Source: an uncultured archaeon (lineage in GTDB: Archaea > Halobacteriota > Archaeoglobi > Archaeoglobales > Archaeoglobaceae). Taken from it: a stretch of DNA of 64,000 nt. The translations under genes and the position numbers were made by a program. The first letter of the stretch is position 1. The number at the start of each line of letters is the position of its first letter. Where the stretch lies: positions 16,664-80,663 of the forward strand of contig CAZHOR010000003.1 of the NCBI GenBank assembly GCA_964534325.1, given 5' to 3'. Below the pieces are notes generated by a model. That model was not told the DNA's origin and ran no database searches. It worked only from the letters and a program-made list of their open reading frames with translations. Of the stretch, positions 37,202 to 46,207 are shown in pieces.

Positions 37202-37810
37202 ATGGTAAGAAAACCAGTAAGTAAAGACGAGAAAGGTCAGGTAGGTATTGGCACATTGATTGTCTTCATTGCTATGGTGCTGGTAGCTGCTATAGCAGCA
37301 GCCGTACTGATTAATACTGCGGGATTGTTGCAGCAGAGGGCGACTACTACTGGCCAGGAGGCTACTTCTCAGACGTCAACTGGGTTGCAGGTAATTGGTG
37401 CGAGTGGAACTGTTGATAGTGATGCTAAGACTGTGACTGAGGTTAATTTTACTGTAAAGCTTAGAGCGGGTAGTCAGGATATCAATATGAATAATACGGT
37501 GTTGTCGTATTCTGATGATGTTACTGCTGCAGAACTGTTGCGCTATACTTCCGCTAATGCAGAAAACTATACTACGTCAGTCATTCAGGATGAGGATGAG
37601 TCGCACCCCGTATTCAATGCCAAGGGAGATACCTTTAAAGTGACAGTCAACCTTACAGGAGTCCGTAATGGTACTGCAGATGCAGCGGATGGTTTGCCTG
37701 AGGGTGATCAGGCTACTATCAGGTTATTGCCGGCCACTGGTTCATCAACTATGTATACTATCAATGTACCTGAATCTCTGAGCGGAATGAGCAAAGTGGA
37801 CCTGTCCTGA
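37202..37810 (+). CDS. arlB: Archaellin ArlB (FlaB), copy 1
   Basis: Class III signal peptide [13 protein letters not shown] followed by [28 protein letters not shown]. Several N-x-S/T sequons are present. Confidence 0.9.
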   Translation: MVRKPVSKDEKGQVGIGTLIVFIAMVLVAAIAAAVLINTAGLLQQRATTTGQEATSQTSTGLQVIGASGTVDSDAKTVTEVNFTVKLRAGSQDINMNNTVLSYSDDVTAAELLRYTSANAENYTTSVIQDEDESHPVFNAKGDTFKVTVNLTGVRNGTADAADGLPEGDQATIRLLPATGSSTMYTINVPESLSGMSKVDLS

Positions 37811-37820
37811 TCTGAGAAGG

Positions 37821-37848
37821 AGGGATCAAAATCCCTAATCTATTTTTT
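37821..37848 (+). terminator. Hairpin plus T-tract after archaellin copy 1
   Basis: agggat-caaa-atccct (37821-37836), then tttttt at 37843-37848. Confidence 0.45.
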
Positions 37849-37992
37849 AATCATGTTTTATTGGCTGTAAATTGACTTGCTACTTGATCAATAGTTACTT
37901 TATTGAAGAATTGTTATCTGAATCAAAATTTTATAGCTTAATAAAATAAATTTCTCCCGGTCTTGATCTTATTATCATTGTTGATAAAGCAG

Positions 37993-38008
37993 GAAAAAGT
38001 TTTATTAA
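37993..38008 (+). promoter_or_regulatory. BRE/TATA promoter of archaellin gene 2
   Basis: tttattaa at 38001-38008, 42 nt upstream of ATG 38043. The leader is identical to copy 1 from 38020 on. Confidence 0.5.
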
Positions 38009-38042
38009 ATATTATGAGTATGAGTATTATGGTGAGTGAAAT

Positions 38043-38666
38043 ATGGTAAGAAAACCAGTAAGTAAAGACGAGAAAGGTCAGGTAGGTATTGGCACATTGA
38101 TTGTCTTCATTGCTATGGTGCTGGTAGCTGCTATAGCAGCAGCCGTACTGATTAATACTGCGGGATTGTTGCAGCAGAGGGCGACTACTACTGGCCAGGA
38201 GGCTACTTCTCAGACGTCAACTGGGTTGCAGGTAATTGGTGCGAGTGGAACTGTTGATAGTGATGCTAAGACTGTGACTGAGGTTAATTTTACTGTAAAG
38301 CTTAGAGCGGGTAGTCAGGATATCAATATGAATAATACGGTGTTGTCGTATTCTGATGATAAAACTGCTGCAGAACTGTTACGCTATACTTCCGCTAATG
38401 CAGAAAACTATACTACTACGGATGTCCAGGATGAGGATGGTTCCCATCCCATATTCAATGCTAAAGGAGATACCTTTAAAGTGACGGTCAACCTTACACA
38501 AGTTCGCGGTGATGTCAACAATGACGGTAACGTAACCGCAGCGGATGGTTTGCCTGAGGGTGATCAGGCTACTATCAGGTTATTGCCGGCCACTGGTTCA
38601 TCAACTATGTATACTATCAATGTACCTGAATCTCTGAGCGGAATGAGCAAAGTGGACCTGTCCTGA
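38043..38666 (+). CDS. arlB: Archaellin ArlB (FlaB), copy 2
   Basis: The first 105 aa match copy 1 and the last approx. 47 aa are identical to it. The central region diverges and contains [13 protein letters not shown]. Confidence 0.9.
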   Translation: MVRKPVSKDEKGQVGIGTLIVFIAMVLVAAIAAAVLINTAGLLQQRATTTGQEATSQTSTGLQVIGASGTVDSDAKTVTEVNFTVKLRAGSQDINMNNTVLSYSDDKTAAELLRYTSANAENYTTTDVQDEDGSHPIFNAKGDTFKVTVNLTQVRGDVNNDGNVTAADGLPEGDQATIRLLPATGSSTMYTINVPESLSGMSKVDLS

Positions 38667-38676
38667 TCTGAGAAGG

Positions 38677-38706
38677 AGGGATCAAAATCCCTAATCTCTA
38701 TTTTTT
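38677..38706 (+). terminator. Hairpin plus T-tract after archaellin copy 2
   Basis: The same agggatcaaaatccct hairpin (38677-38692), then tttttt at 38701-38706. Confidence 0.45.
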
Positions 38707-38749
38707 AATTTTATATTTTCTTTTTGGATTTGCCTTTATAGGGGCAAGT

Positions 38750-38974
38750 ATGCTGGTTATAGGGGTGGTATTGAAGGCCCAGGTAGTGAGCTTGAGAAAG
38801 GACATGCTGTCCCTGCTGGCAGGATTCATTCTGGCTTCGCTGGCTGGAGTTGCAGTGCTCATGGCATCAGCGTTCAACCTGATCGTGTCCCCTACAGTGG
38901 TTATGCCTTTGATAATGAGCATCTTGACTATGGGCTTTCTGTTCATAGCCCACTCGTTTAGCGTAAAGGCCTAA
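38750..38974 (+). CDS. Small hydrophobic protein upstream of the prepilin peptidase
   Basis: 74 aa with 2-3 TM segments. It ends 1 nt before the ATG at 38976. Preferred over the antisense ORF at 38698-38946. Confidence 0.4.
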   Translation: MLVIGVVLKAQVVSLRKDMLSLLAGFILASLAGVAVLMASAFNLIVSPTVVMPLIMSILTMGFLFIAHSFSVKA

Positions 38975-38975
38975 G

Positions 38976-39698
38976 ATGATACCCTATTATCATTTTTTTA
39001 AAGTAATCGTGGCTCTTCCCTTCTTGATCTACGCATGCAAGGTCGATTTGAGGGAGAGGAGAGTTCCCAATAAATTGTGGAGGTACATGCTGGCCGTTTT
39101 CATCCCCATTGTCGTTATTGAATTCTTTTTAACTCAGTTCAACATTTTTATGGCTTTGATCCAGTTCTCACTGATTTTTGTGCTGGCTTATGCCTTACAT
39201 TACACTGGTTTATGGGGTGGAGCTGACGCAAAGGCATTGATTCTTCTTGCAGTAGCATTTCCAGTATATCCTCAGCTGTGGTTCATGCCAGCTCTAAATA
39301 AGGGATTCGGAATACTCGCTTTCTCTACCCTATCGAATGCGGTCATATTCTCTCCTGCAGTAGTCCTATATGTTTTCTTGAAGAATTTGCGGCAGGGTAT
39401 AAAGGGAGGGAAACTATTGCATTACTTTACGGGGTACAGAGTTGATGCCGACCGCATCCCACCATTCCACAATCTGCTGGAGTACGTTAATGACGGGAAA
39501 TTAAAGAAAGTGAATAGAGGTATCGAGCCAGACAATAAAATGCTGGCAGACCTGAAGAAAGCAAGAGAGAAAGGAATAGTCGATAAGATCTGGGTCACAC
39601 CCGGCCTACCCTTCCTGGTATTCATAACTGCAGGATTTATGATCTCCGTTCTCGTAGGTGATATTCTTCTGGAAGTAATAATGAAGCTGTTATCATAG
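38976..39698 (+). CDS. arlK: Preflagellin/prepilin (class III signal) peptidase ArlK/PibD family
   Basis: Polytopic A24-type aspartyl peptidase. Catalytic contexts are KVDLRERRVPN and GLWGGADAKAL. Confidence 0.8.
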   Translation: MIPYYHFFKVIVALPFLIYACKVDLRERRVPNKLWRYMLAVFIPIVVIEFFLTQFNIFMALIQFSLIFVLAYALHYTGLWGGADAKALILLAVAFPVYPQLWFMPALNKGFGILAFSTLSNAVIFSPAVVLYVFLKNLRQGIKGGKLLHYFTGYRVDADRIPPFHNLLEYVNDGKLKKVNRGIEPDNKMLADLKKAREKGIVDKIWVTPGLPFLVFITAGFMISVLVGDILLEVIMKLLS

Positions 39699-39758
39699 CT
39701 TGCTAGCTTTTTATAGCGATATATTATTCAAAGAACTACTGTTATTCAAACTGCTGGT

Positions 39759-40145
39759 TCATCTGGCTACGGCATCATTTATCCCGTCTATAATATCCTT
39801 TTCTTTATACGGTTTCGTGATGTACATATCTGCTCCTGCCTTCATAACGCTCTCTTTGTATTTCTCCTGAGCAGCCGCAGTCAGAACAATTATCTTCACT
39901 TCAGGATTCAATTTTTTTATCTCTTCCGTTGCAGAAATACCGCTCATGGCTACTTCGGCCATATCTCCCTCTTCAGGCATTCTGAGGTCCATCAGAATAA
40001 CTTCGGGATCCAGCTTTTTGAACTGATTAATAGCTTCTACTTTGTCCCCTGCTTCTCCTACTACTTCGTAATCGTTTTTTTCCAGCATGGACCTGAGCAG
40101 CATTCGAACATACTTATTATCATCTACAATGAGGACCTTCGCCAT
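39759..40145 (-). CDS. Stand-alone response-regulator receiver protein
   Basis: MAKVLIVDDNKYVR, EVILMDLRMP, IIVLTAAA, KAGADMYITKPY. An approx. 10-aa insertion (EEGDMAEVAMSG) follows the phospho-acceptor Asp region. Confidence 0.85.
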   Translation of the reverse strand: MAKVLIVDDNKYVRMLLRSMLEKNDYEVVGEAGDKVEAINQFKKLDPEVILMDLRMPEEGDMAEVAMSGISATEEIKKLNPEVKIIVLTAAAQEKYKESVMKAGADMYITKPYKEKDIIDGINDAVAR

Positions 40146-40484
40146 TTTAATCCCTTCTCTCTACTTTATGTTTGATCTTTCTATCTCCAGACTTGAAATG
40201 CGATTTCATCGGATCGCCCCTCAACCTCTACCTGGCAACTTAATGGAGAATGTTATATGCGTTATATGCGGTTTATGTTCTATTGAGAGATTCAGCTTAA
40301 TTTGCCCGCCAGTATTACTTAAGTATTATTATCTGAGAGGATAATAAGTCCGATAGTATAAAAACGTAATGGAACTTGAGCCTATTTGATAATTTCAGCC
40401 TACCATGTGGAAGAGTATGGCAACATATTGGTCATTATAGATAAAGTATTTAAGATAACTCGATGATTGATCTGTGGTGAAATA

Positions 40485-40700
40485 ATGAACCCCAGAAGAA
40501 TGATCACTGGATTGGCATTTCTGGTAGTGGCCTTACTTGTCTTTTATTTTGTGCCAGCATTCTCTATAACTTCAAATGGGGTCACAGAAGTGTTTTACGT
40601 GAACATAGCAGCGGGAGTAGCTCTTCTGGTAGTGGGATTATTCTTCCTGGTAACAGGGATAACAAGCAGGAAAGTGACCATAGAGTTTGATGAACCGTAG
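40485..40700 (+). CDS. Small two-TM hypothetical protein
   Basis: MNPRRMITGLAFLVVALLVFYF... with GGTGA 5 nt upstream of ATG 40485. Confidence 0.35.
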   Translation: MNPRRMITGLAFLVVALLVFYFVPAFSITSNGVTEVFYVNIAAGVALLVVGLFFLVTGITSRKVTIEFDEP

Positions 40701-40851
40701 TACAACTATAATAGATAACAGCTCAAAACATTTCAGAAAAATCTTCATGATTTTGACAATCTCATTGGAGATCTTTCAGGACACATGGGAGGAGCTTTAA
40801 GAGTATATAAGCATCGGAAAGCTTTAATTAAAATAAGAACAAAAGTTCAAT

Positions 40852-40920
40852 GTTGGGGTAAAGGGGCTTAATCTTATCCCAGGGTATAAAACCCTTGTTC
40901 TCAAGCTCCCGGACCCCAAC
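40852..40920. other. 69-nt GC-rich compound hairpin in an otherwise AT-rich 430-nt non-coding gap
   Basis: The outer stem is gttggggt / accccaac (8 bp). The second stem is ggggctt / aagctcc (7 bp including one G-U). The apical hairpin is aggg-tataaaa-ccct. Confidence 0.3.
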
Positions 40921-41128
40921 ACATTATCGTATTATAGCTATCAATATCTCTCCATTTGGGGGGTTTCAATGCCTTTCTCCTTTTCTTCTGAATCCATAAT
41001 CTTCTTCAAATAGTCAGAATTGTTCTGGAAGATTTTTTAACTGGAATTAATCATGTTACCAACATTAACTTTGTCAAGACCTTTGATAGCGTGAAATATA
41101 TAATGAAATAGTTACTATCATCTATAGC

Positions 41129-41598
41129 ATGAGCAAAAACAATAAGATCTCTATTAAAGAGACAGAAAGGCTTGCAATAAAATATGTGAATAAGGAAAGG
41201 TTAAACAGGGGAAAAATAAGCTGAAATTCAATAAGGCACTGTATAAAGCTTCTAAAGAGTGCTCGAAAGTTCATGCAGAGCAAAAGAAATTTAAGGGCAA
41301 CGAACTTAGAGATAGGGTTAAAAAAATGGGTTACAATTCTTCAACTGTTGAAGAGAATTGCACGTCGATTCCACTCGACAGTGATCCGGAAGAGCTGGCT
41401 AAGAAACTGGTGGAAAGCTGGATGAAAGGTCGCGTTCATAGAGCTAACATTCTGAACAATTCTTTTAAGGATACAGGCATCGGAATCTGGATAAATAGAG
41501 ACACAGCATACTCCTCGCAGGTGTTTGGGAAGGGAACAGCAAAAAAGAGCAAATGGTACAACTTTGCTGGCTTGAAAGCAAAAATGGGTCTCACTTAA
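41129..41598 (+). pseudogene. CAP/SCP (YkwD-like) domain protein interrupted by a frameshift in an A-run
   Basis: ATG 41129 reads MSKNNKISIKETERLAIKYVNKERLNRGKIS then stops. The next frame continues KLKFNKALYKASKECSKVHAEQ...VESWMKGRVHRANILNNSFKDTGIGIW...SSQVFG (CAP signature). One extra A in the A5 run at 41212-41216 would restore a single approx. 157-aa ORF. Confidence 0.6.
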
Positions 41599-41711
41599 TC
41601 GCTTTGAGAGACCCCTCTATGTATTCCAAGAGGTATAACTTTGCTCATCAATCCCTGCAGACTGGTTCTAGCAAAATCTGGGACATCGTAACTAATTTAT
41701 GTAGTGATTTC

Positions 41712-42170
41712 ATGTCGGAAGTTGTGCACGTGATGGATTCTGGCGCTGTATTCAGGAGAAAGAGATACGAGAACATGGTTACGGTTCCAGAGGTAGTGGA
41801 AGAAGTCAAGGACGAGGACTCCCAACTTTTTCTGTCGCTCATGGATATTAAGGTTGAAGAACCATCTGAAGAAGCAATATCGAAGGTGAAAGAAGTTGCC
41901 GCCCAGAGTGGGGACATCCATAAGTTATCCCATACTGACATCAAATTGATCGCCAAAGCTTTGGAGTTAAAAGGAAGTGTACTGGTCACTGATGATTACT
42001 CCATCCAGAATGTGGCCGGCCTGTTGAACATAAAAGTGGACAATGTACTACAGCCTGCTATATCCAGGACCTTCAAGTGGGTTAGAGTGTGTAAGGGATG
42101 CAGGAGAACTACCGAGCACGAGATATGTCCCGTATGCGGGAGCGAAACTTCTGTAAAGAAACAAAAATAA
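41712..42170 (+). CDS. nob1: Endoribonuclease Nob1 (PIN domain plus C-terminal zinc ribbon)
   Basis: VHVMDSGAVF and VLVTDDYSIQNVA are PIN acidic motifs. CKGCRRTTEHEICPVCGSE is a zinc ribbon. The N-terminal extension in the track (from 41553) overlaps the CAP pseudogene and is not conserved-looking. Confidence 0.75.
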   Translation: MSEVVHVMDSGAVFRRKRYENMVTVPEVVEEVKDEDSQLFLSLMDIKVEEPSEEAISKVKEVAAQSGDIHKLSHTDIKLIAKALELKGSVLVTDDYSIQNVAGLLNIKVDNVLQPAISRTFKWVRVCKGCRRTTEHEICPVCGSETSVKKQK

Positions 42171-42183
42171 AAATGGAGTGTAT

Positions 42184-43233
42184 TTATTCGTTCTTGGTGG
42201 ATTTGGCTTTCCCTCTTCTCTCCGAGACTTTCCTTATTGAAGGCGTAATGATCGGTTTCTCTTTTAAAAGGCCCTCTGGTCTGTAGATCAGTATCAGGAT
42301 CAGCAGGAGTCCGAAGATCATGTATTCTACCCATTGCATCCCTACGGGTAACCAGCCGAACACCTCGTACTTGTAGGTCTCCAGCATGAACCTTATGATC
42401 ACAAAGGTGGAAACACCAGCAACGACACCCTTGGTGTTGCCCTTACCTCCTAGGAGTATCATGAAGATGGGGAAGAATGTCCACTCGATCTTGTTGAAGG
42501 ACTTGCCCATTATAGTCGATAGCTGTAGGGAAAGGAGTACACCTGCTACTGCGGCGATCGCTGAACCGAGCGCGACAGTTTTAATTCTTATCTTCATTAT
42601 GTCCTTTCCGTAGGCGGATACAACGTTCTCATTCTCTCTCATCGCTTTGAGAAGCCTTCCATAGGGTGACTGGAGCATCCTGTTGACGATGTAGTAAATG
42701 ATAACTGCAACGATGGAAATCACTATGGCGTAGCCGAGTATATTGAGCTCACCGGGAAGGAATTTGAGAACGTTGGGGGTCGAGACACCATAGTAGCCAC
42801 CTACTAAGGCAGGATGGTTTTTGCTGGCGATCCATGCCACCTCACTGATGGCCAGGAGCGTCAAAGCCAAATAAAGCTCTGAAAGCCTTGCGCTGGGCAA
42901 AATGGAAACAGCCCCTACCGCAGCGCCCAGAACTAGAGCCAAGGCAATGGCAGCCAGGAAAAAGGCCAGGCCAACCCAGGGATTCTGGGCAATCATGTCA
43001 TTCATAATGCCTTTTACCTGGCCACTTGCCATTGCGATGTCACCACCCACTCCGAAGTAGGCCATCATTAACCTGTTCATTATTCCCCCTACGGCTACAG
43101 CTCCCGCCAGAACGGCGAGGTTCCTGCCGAACTGGGGGATGCCACCGTAGCCGAACTCTATGTTCAGGCTGAGACCCACTATAAGGTATATGCCTATCCA
43201 GATCAGTATGCTCAGGACGAAGATGAACTCCAT
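42184..43233 (-). CDS. livM: Branched-chain amino acid ABC transporter permease (LivM type)
   Basis: 349 aa polytopic. GYGGIPQFG and LLGGKGNTKG are motifs of the LivH/LivM permease family. Confidence 0.85.
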   Translation of the reverse strand: MEFIFVLSILIWIGIYLIVGLSLNIEFGYGGIPQFGRNLAVLAGAVAVGGIMNRLMMAYFGVGGDIAMASGQVKGIMNDMIAQNPWVGLAFFLAAIALALVLGAAVGAVSILPSARLSELYLALTLLAISEVAWIASKNHPALVGGYYGVSTPNVLKFLPGELNILGYAIVISIVAVIIYYIVNRMLQSPYGRLLKAMRENENVVSAYGKDIMKIRIKTVALGSAIAAVAGVLLSLQLSTIMGKSFNKIEWTFFPIFMILLGGKGNTKGVVAGVSTFVIIRFMLETYKYEVFGWLPVGMQWVEYMIFGLLLILILIYRPEGLLKEKPIITPSIRKVSERRGKAKSTKNE

Positions 43234-44132
43234 TTGAACAACCTCCTCCAGTTAATTGACAGAATTCCTTTGGGAGCCAGGAACAGCACCGCTATAAGCA
43301 CGATCAATGAGACTAACCTGCTGTAAACGAGGACGTCCGGTCCAACTATTTTGGAGAGCTGGAAGGTTACGAAGGACTCGGAAATTCCAATGATGTATCC
43401 TCCGATTACTGCTCCAAATATTGTTCCCAGTCCACCAACTATGCTTGCGGCGATCACTGAAACTATTATCACGTCACCTACAAAAGGGTATATCTGCTGC
43501 TTGAAGGGCAGTAAGGCCCCGGCAACACAGGCAAAGCCTCCCGAAAGTGCCCATGAAACCAATCTGGTGGTCTCCACATTCACCCCCATCACCTGAGCGA
43601 GAGAAGGGTTCTCCATGGAGGCCCTCATGGCGACCCCAAATTTGGTCTTGAACAGGAGAACGTAAAGAGCAGAAAGCATTAAAACTATAACGATAACGGA
43701 AATTACAAAGACCCCCTGAAAGCTCCAGATAGGGAAATCATGAGGGGTGAAGATGAAGTTCTTGGCCGATTTCCTGGTTATGTTCTCCAATAAATCTGAA
43801 AATGCTCCTGCACCACCGTACAAAACAAGGTCTATACCAAGAGTGGAGATCATTAAGGTTATGATCCCTGCACCTCTGGAGATCAGGGGCTTTATAATTG
43901 CCAGATAAACCGCTAACCCCAGTATTCCCCCCAAGACAAAGACTAATGGGAGTGACATGTACGGATGGATATCTAAAACCCTGAAAAACGCAAGCGTCAT
44001 GTAACTGCCTACAACAGCGAAGGTACCTTGTGCCAGGTTGGGTACTCCGGTAGTGATGTATGTCATGGTCAGTCCAATGCTTATCAACACGATCAAGTTC
44101 GAGTATATTACTGCACCCTCTAATACAGCCAT
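43212..44132 (-). CDS. livH: Branched-chain amino acid ABC transporter permease (LivH type)
   Basis: 306 aa polytopic. GVPNLAQGTFAVVGSY and GGLGTIFGAVIGG motifs. Confidence 0.85.
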   Translation of the reverse strand: MAVLEGAVIYSNLIVLISIGLTMTYITTGVPNLAQGTFAVVGSYMTLAFFRVLDIHPYMSLPLVFVLGGILGLAVYLAIIKPLISRGAGIITLMISTLGIDLVLYGGAGAFSDLLENITRKSAKNFIFTPHDFPIWSFQGVFVISVIVIVLMLSALYVLLFKTKFGVAMRASMENPSLAQVMGVNVETTRLVSWALSGGFACVAGALLPFKQQIYPFVGDVIIVSVIAASIVGGLGTIFGAVIGGYIIGISESFVTFQLSKIVGPDVLVYSRLVSLIVLIAVLFLAPKGILSINWRRLFKWSSSSS

Positions 44133-44184
44133 GGTACCATCTCAAACCAAAAGTTTTTAAAAAGTTTAGGTTACGCTTTGACAC

Positions 44185-45447
44185 ATGGTAGGTAAAAAAT
44201 TATTGTTGTTGGTAACTGTTGTACTGGCAGCATCCCTAATGGCCTGTGCAGAGGGCCCGAGTGAGGAAGAGGGTACAACAGAGATTCCAATAGGCGCTCT
44301 GGTGGATCTATCTGGACCTTTAACCACGTATGGTAAGGATATTGAGACCACTACAACAATAGCTAAAGAAGAGATCAATGAATACTTTGAATCCCAGGAC
44401 ATGCCTTACAGGGTTAAAACATATACCGAAGATACCAAAGTAGATCCCACTGTATGCCTGCAAAAAATCCAGGCCCTCTACGGTAGGGACGTAAGGATGA
44501 TCGTTGGTCCTATGGGCAGTGGAGAACTGAGTAATGTAGCCAGTTACGTAGATGACAACAAGATACTGTTGGTCTCTCCGTCTTCGACTGCTGCACCGGA
44601 GATGATCGGTCTGAATCAGCCTGAAGATAAGAAGTACATTTTCAGGTTTGTAGCTACAGATGCTTTCCAGACCAGAGCCATTGCAGAGGTTGCCAAGGAC
44701 CAGGGTGTGAAAGCGGTGGTGATCACCCACATCGGAAACGACTGGGGTAAGGGACTTGACGAGTTCGGGACCCAGAGGTTTGAGGATGCTGGGATCGAAG
44801 TTGCTGGACATGTGGAGTACCCTGATCCTCCGCCTTCCGACTTCACCCCATACGTATCTACTATAGAAGATGATGTCGATGAGTTGCTGGATGAATACGA
44901 GCCAAACGAAATCGCTGTAGTGACATTCAGTTACGAAGAAGTGGGTACAATGCTTGCTCAGACCGACAGCAACTCAGTGCTAATGGACCTCATTTGGATA
45001 GGTTGTGATGGTACAGCGAAGAGTTCTAAGGTAACAGAAGACGTTCCAGACAAGGCCAACAAGGTAGGGCTCTTCAGCACCGTTTCTGAGATGAAAGGAA
45101 GAGCTTATGATGACCTTAACCAGACATATTACGAGAGGACCGGGGACTCACCAAAGGCATACGGTCTAAATGCCTACGATGGAGAATGGGTTCTGGCTCT
45201 GGCAGCCGCCCAGGTCCACCAGGAAACAGGTAGCTTCGACATCGACGAAATCTCCGAGACCATACCTGAAGTAGCTGAGAAGTACAGTGAAGGAGAATAC
45301 GGAGTGTATCCGGTCAGTGGCGCAGTTAAGCTGAACGAGTGGAATGATAGAGTTGTACCTCAGTTTGAGGTTTACAAAGTACAGGGTAGCAAGTGGATAG
45401 ACACTGGAACATGGTTCAATGAAAACGAAACAGTCGTCTGGGAGTGA
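44185..45447 (+). CDS. ABC transporter substrate-binding lipoprotein (Leu/Ile/Val-binding family)
   Basis: Lipobox-like LAASLMAC, then a type-I periplasmic binding fold (IGALVDLSGPLTTYG, IVGPMGSGE). Confidence 0.85.
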   Translation: MVGKKLLLLVTVVLAASLMACAEGPSEEEGTTEIPIGALVDLSGPLTTYGKDIETTTTIAKEEINEYFESQDMPYRVKTYTEDTKVDPTVCLQKIQALYGRDVRMIVGPMGSGELSNVASYVDDNKILLVSPSSTAAPEMIGLNQPEDKKYIFRFVATDAFQTRAIAEVAKDQGVKAVVITHIGNDWGKGLDEFGTQRFEDAGIEVAGHVEYPDPPPSDFTPYVSTIEDDVDELLDEYEPNEIAVVTFSYEEVGTMLAQTDSNSVLMDLIWIGCDGTAKSSKVTEDVPDKANKVGLFSTVSEMKGRAYDDLNQTYYERTGDSPKAYGLNAYDGEWVLALAAAQVHQETGSFDIDEISETIPEVAEKYSEGEYGVYPVSGAVKLNEWNDRVVPQFEVYKVQGSKWIDTGTWFNENETVVWE

Positions 45448-46207
45448 ACCCCTTCTAAAAACCCAAAATCTTTTCAAATTTTTTGATGGATTAAAGGCAC
45501 TGGATGGAGTAGATATTGGAGTTAAAGAAGGAGACATAACCCTTGTAATTGGGCCCAATGGAAGCGGTAAGACCACACTTATCAACTGTATCTCTGGTTT
45601 TTACCCTTCCAGTGGGGGCCATGTTTATTTTAATGGTGAAGATATCACCAATAAACCGCCACACTCCGTTTTTGAGAGCGGTATAGTCAGGACTTTTCAG
45701 ATACCACAACCCCTTAAGCTCCTTACTGTTCTGGAAAACCTGCTTATAACCGATTACAACCCGGGAGAAGGAATCCTCAAGAGCATGGGGAGGTCCTGGG
45801 AGTCTGTAGAGGAAGAGACGGTTGAAAAAGCTTTTGAGGTGCTGGAGTTTCTGGAGATAGATCATCTGTGGGATACCTTAGCGTCCCAGCTCAGTGGTGG
45901 ACAGCTCAAGCTGGTGGAAGTAGGGAGAGCGATGATGACTGATGCCAGGCTTGTGATCATGGACGAGCCCGTAGCCGGAGTCAATCCCTTACTGGCCAAA
46001 ACAATCCTGAACCGTATAACAGACCTCAAAAAGAGGGGCTACTCATTTCTCATAGTGGAGCACAGACTCGACCTGGTGCTTCCATACGTGGATTACATTT
46101 ACGTCATGGCCAAGGGCAAGGTTTTTGCCCAGGGCGTGGAAGAAGAGATAATGCAGAACAAAGAAGTTATCGAGGTGTATCTTGGTGATATACACGAAGA
46201 GCCTTAG
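45419..46207 (+). CDS. livG: Branched-chain amino acid ABC transporter ATP-binding protein (LivG type)
   Basis: Walker [10 protein letters not shown], signature LSGGQLK, Walker B LVIMDEP. Confidence 0.9.
   Translation: MKTKQSSGSEPLLKTQNLFKFFDGLKALDGVDIGVKEGDITLVIGPNGSGKTTLINCISGFYPSSGGHVYFNGEDITNKPPHSVFESGIVRTFQIPQPLKLLTVLENLLITDYNPGEGILKSMGRSWESVEEETVEKAFEVLEFLEIDHLWDTLASQLSGGQLKLVEVGRAMMTDARLVIMDEPVAGVNPLLAKTILNRITDLKKRGYSFLIVEHRLDLVLPYVDYIYVMAKGKVFAQGVEEEIMQNKEVIEVYLGDIHEEP

Noticed and set aside
38698-38946. 82-aa minus-strand ORF between archaellin 2 and the prepilin peptidase
   Set aside because: It competes with the plus-strand 74-aa hydrophobic ORF, which abuts the peptidase start codon. 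The plus-strand reading is more consistent with operon structure, but both are weak.
40852-40920. tRNA or tRNA fragment
   Set aside because: It has an 8-bp closing stem, but no D-arm or T-arm pairing and no GTTCRA T-loop. It is kept only as an unexplained hairpin.
41553-41711. 53-codon N-terminal extension of the Nob1 ORF
   Set aside because: It overlaps the 3' end of the CAP-domain pseudogene. The PIN domain begins at MSEVVHVMDSG (ATG 41712).
44320-44811. 163-aa minus-strand ORF (and 43738-44184, 148 aa)
   Set aside because: These are antisense to, or out of frame with, the substrate-binding protein and livH genes. Neither has motifs.
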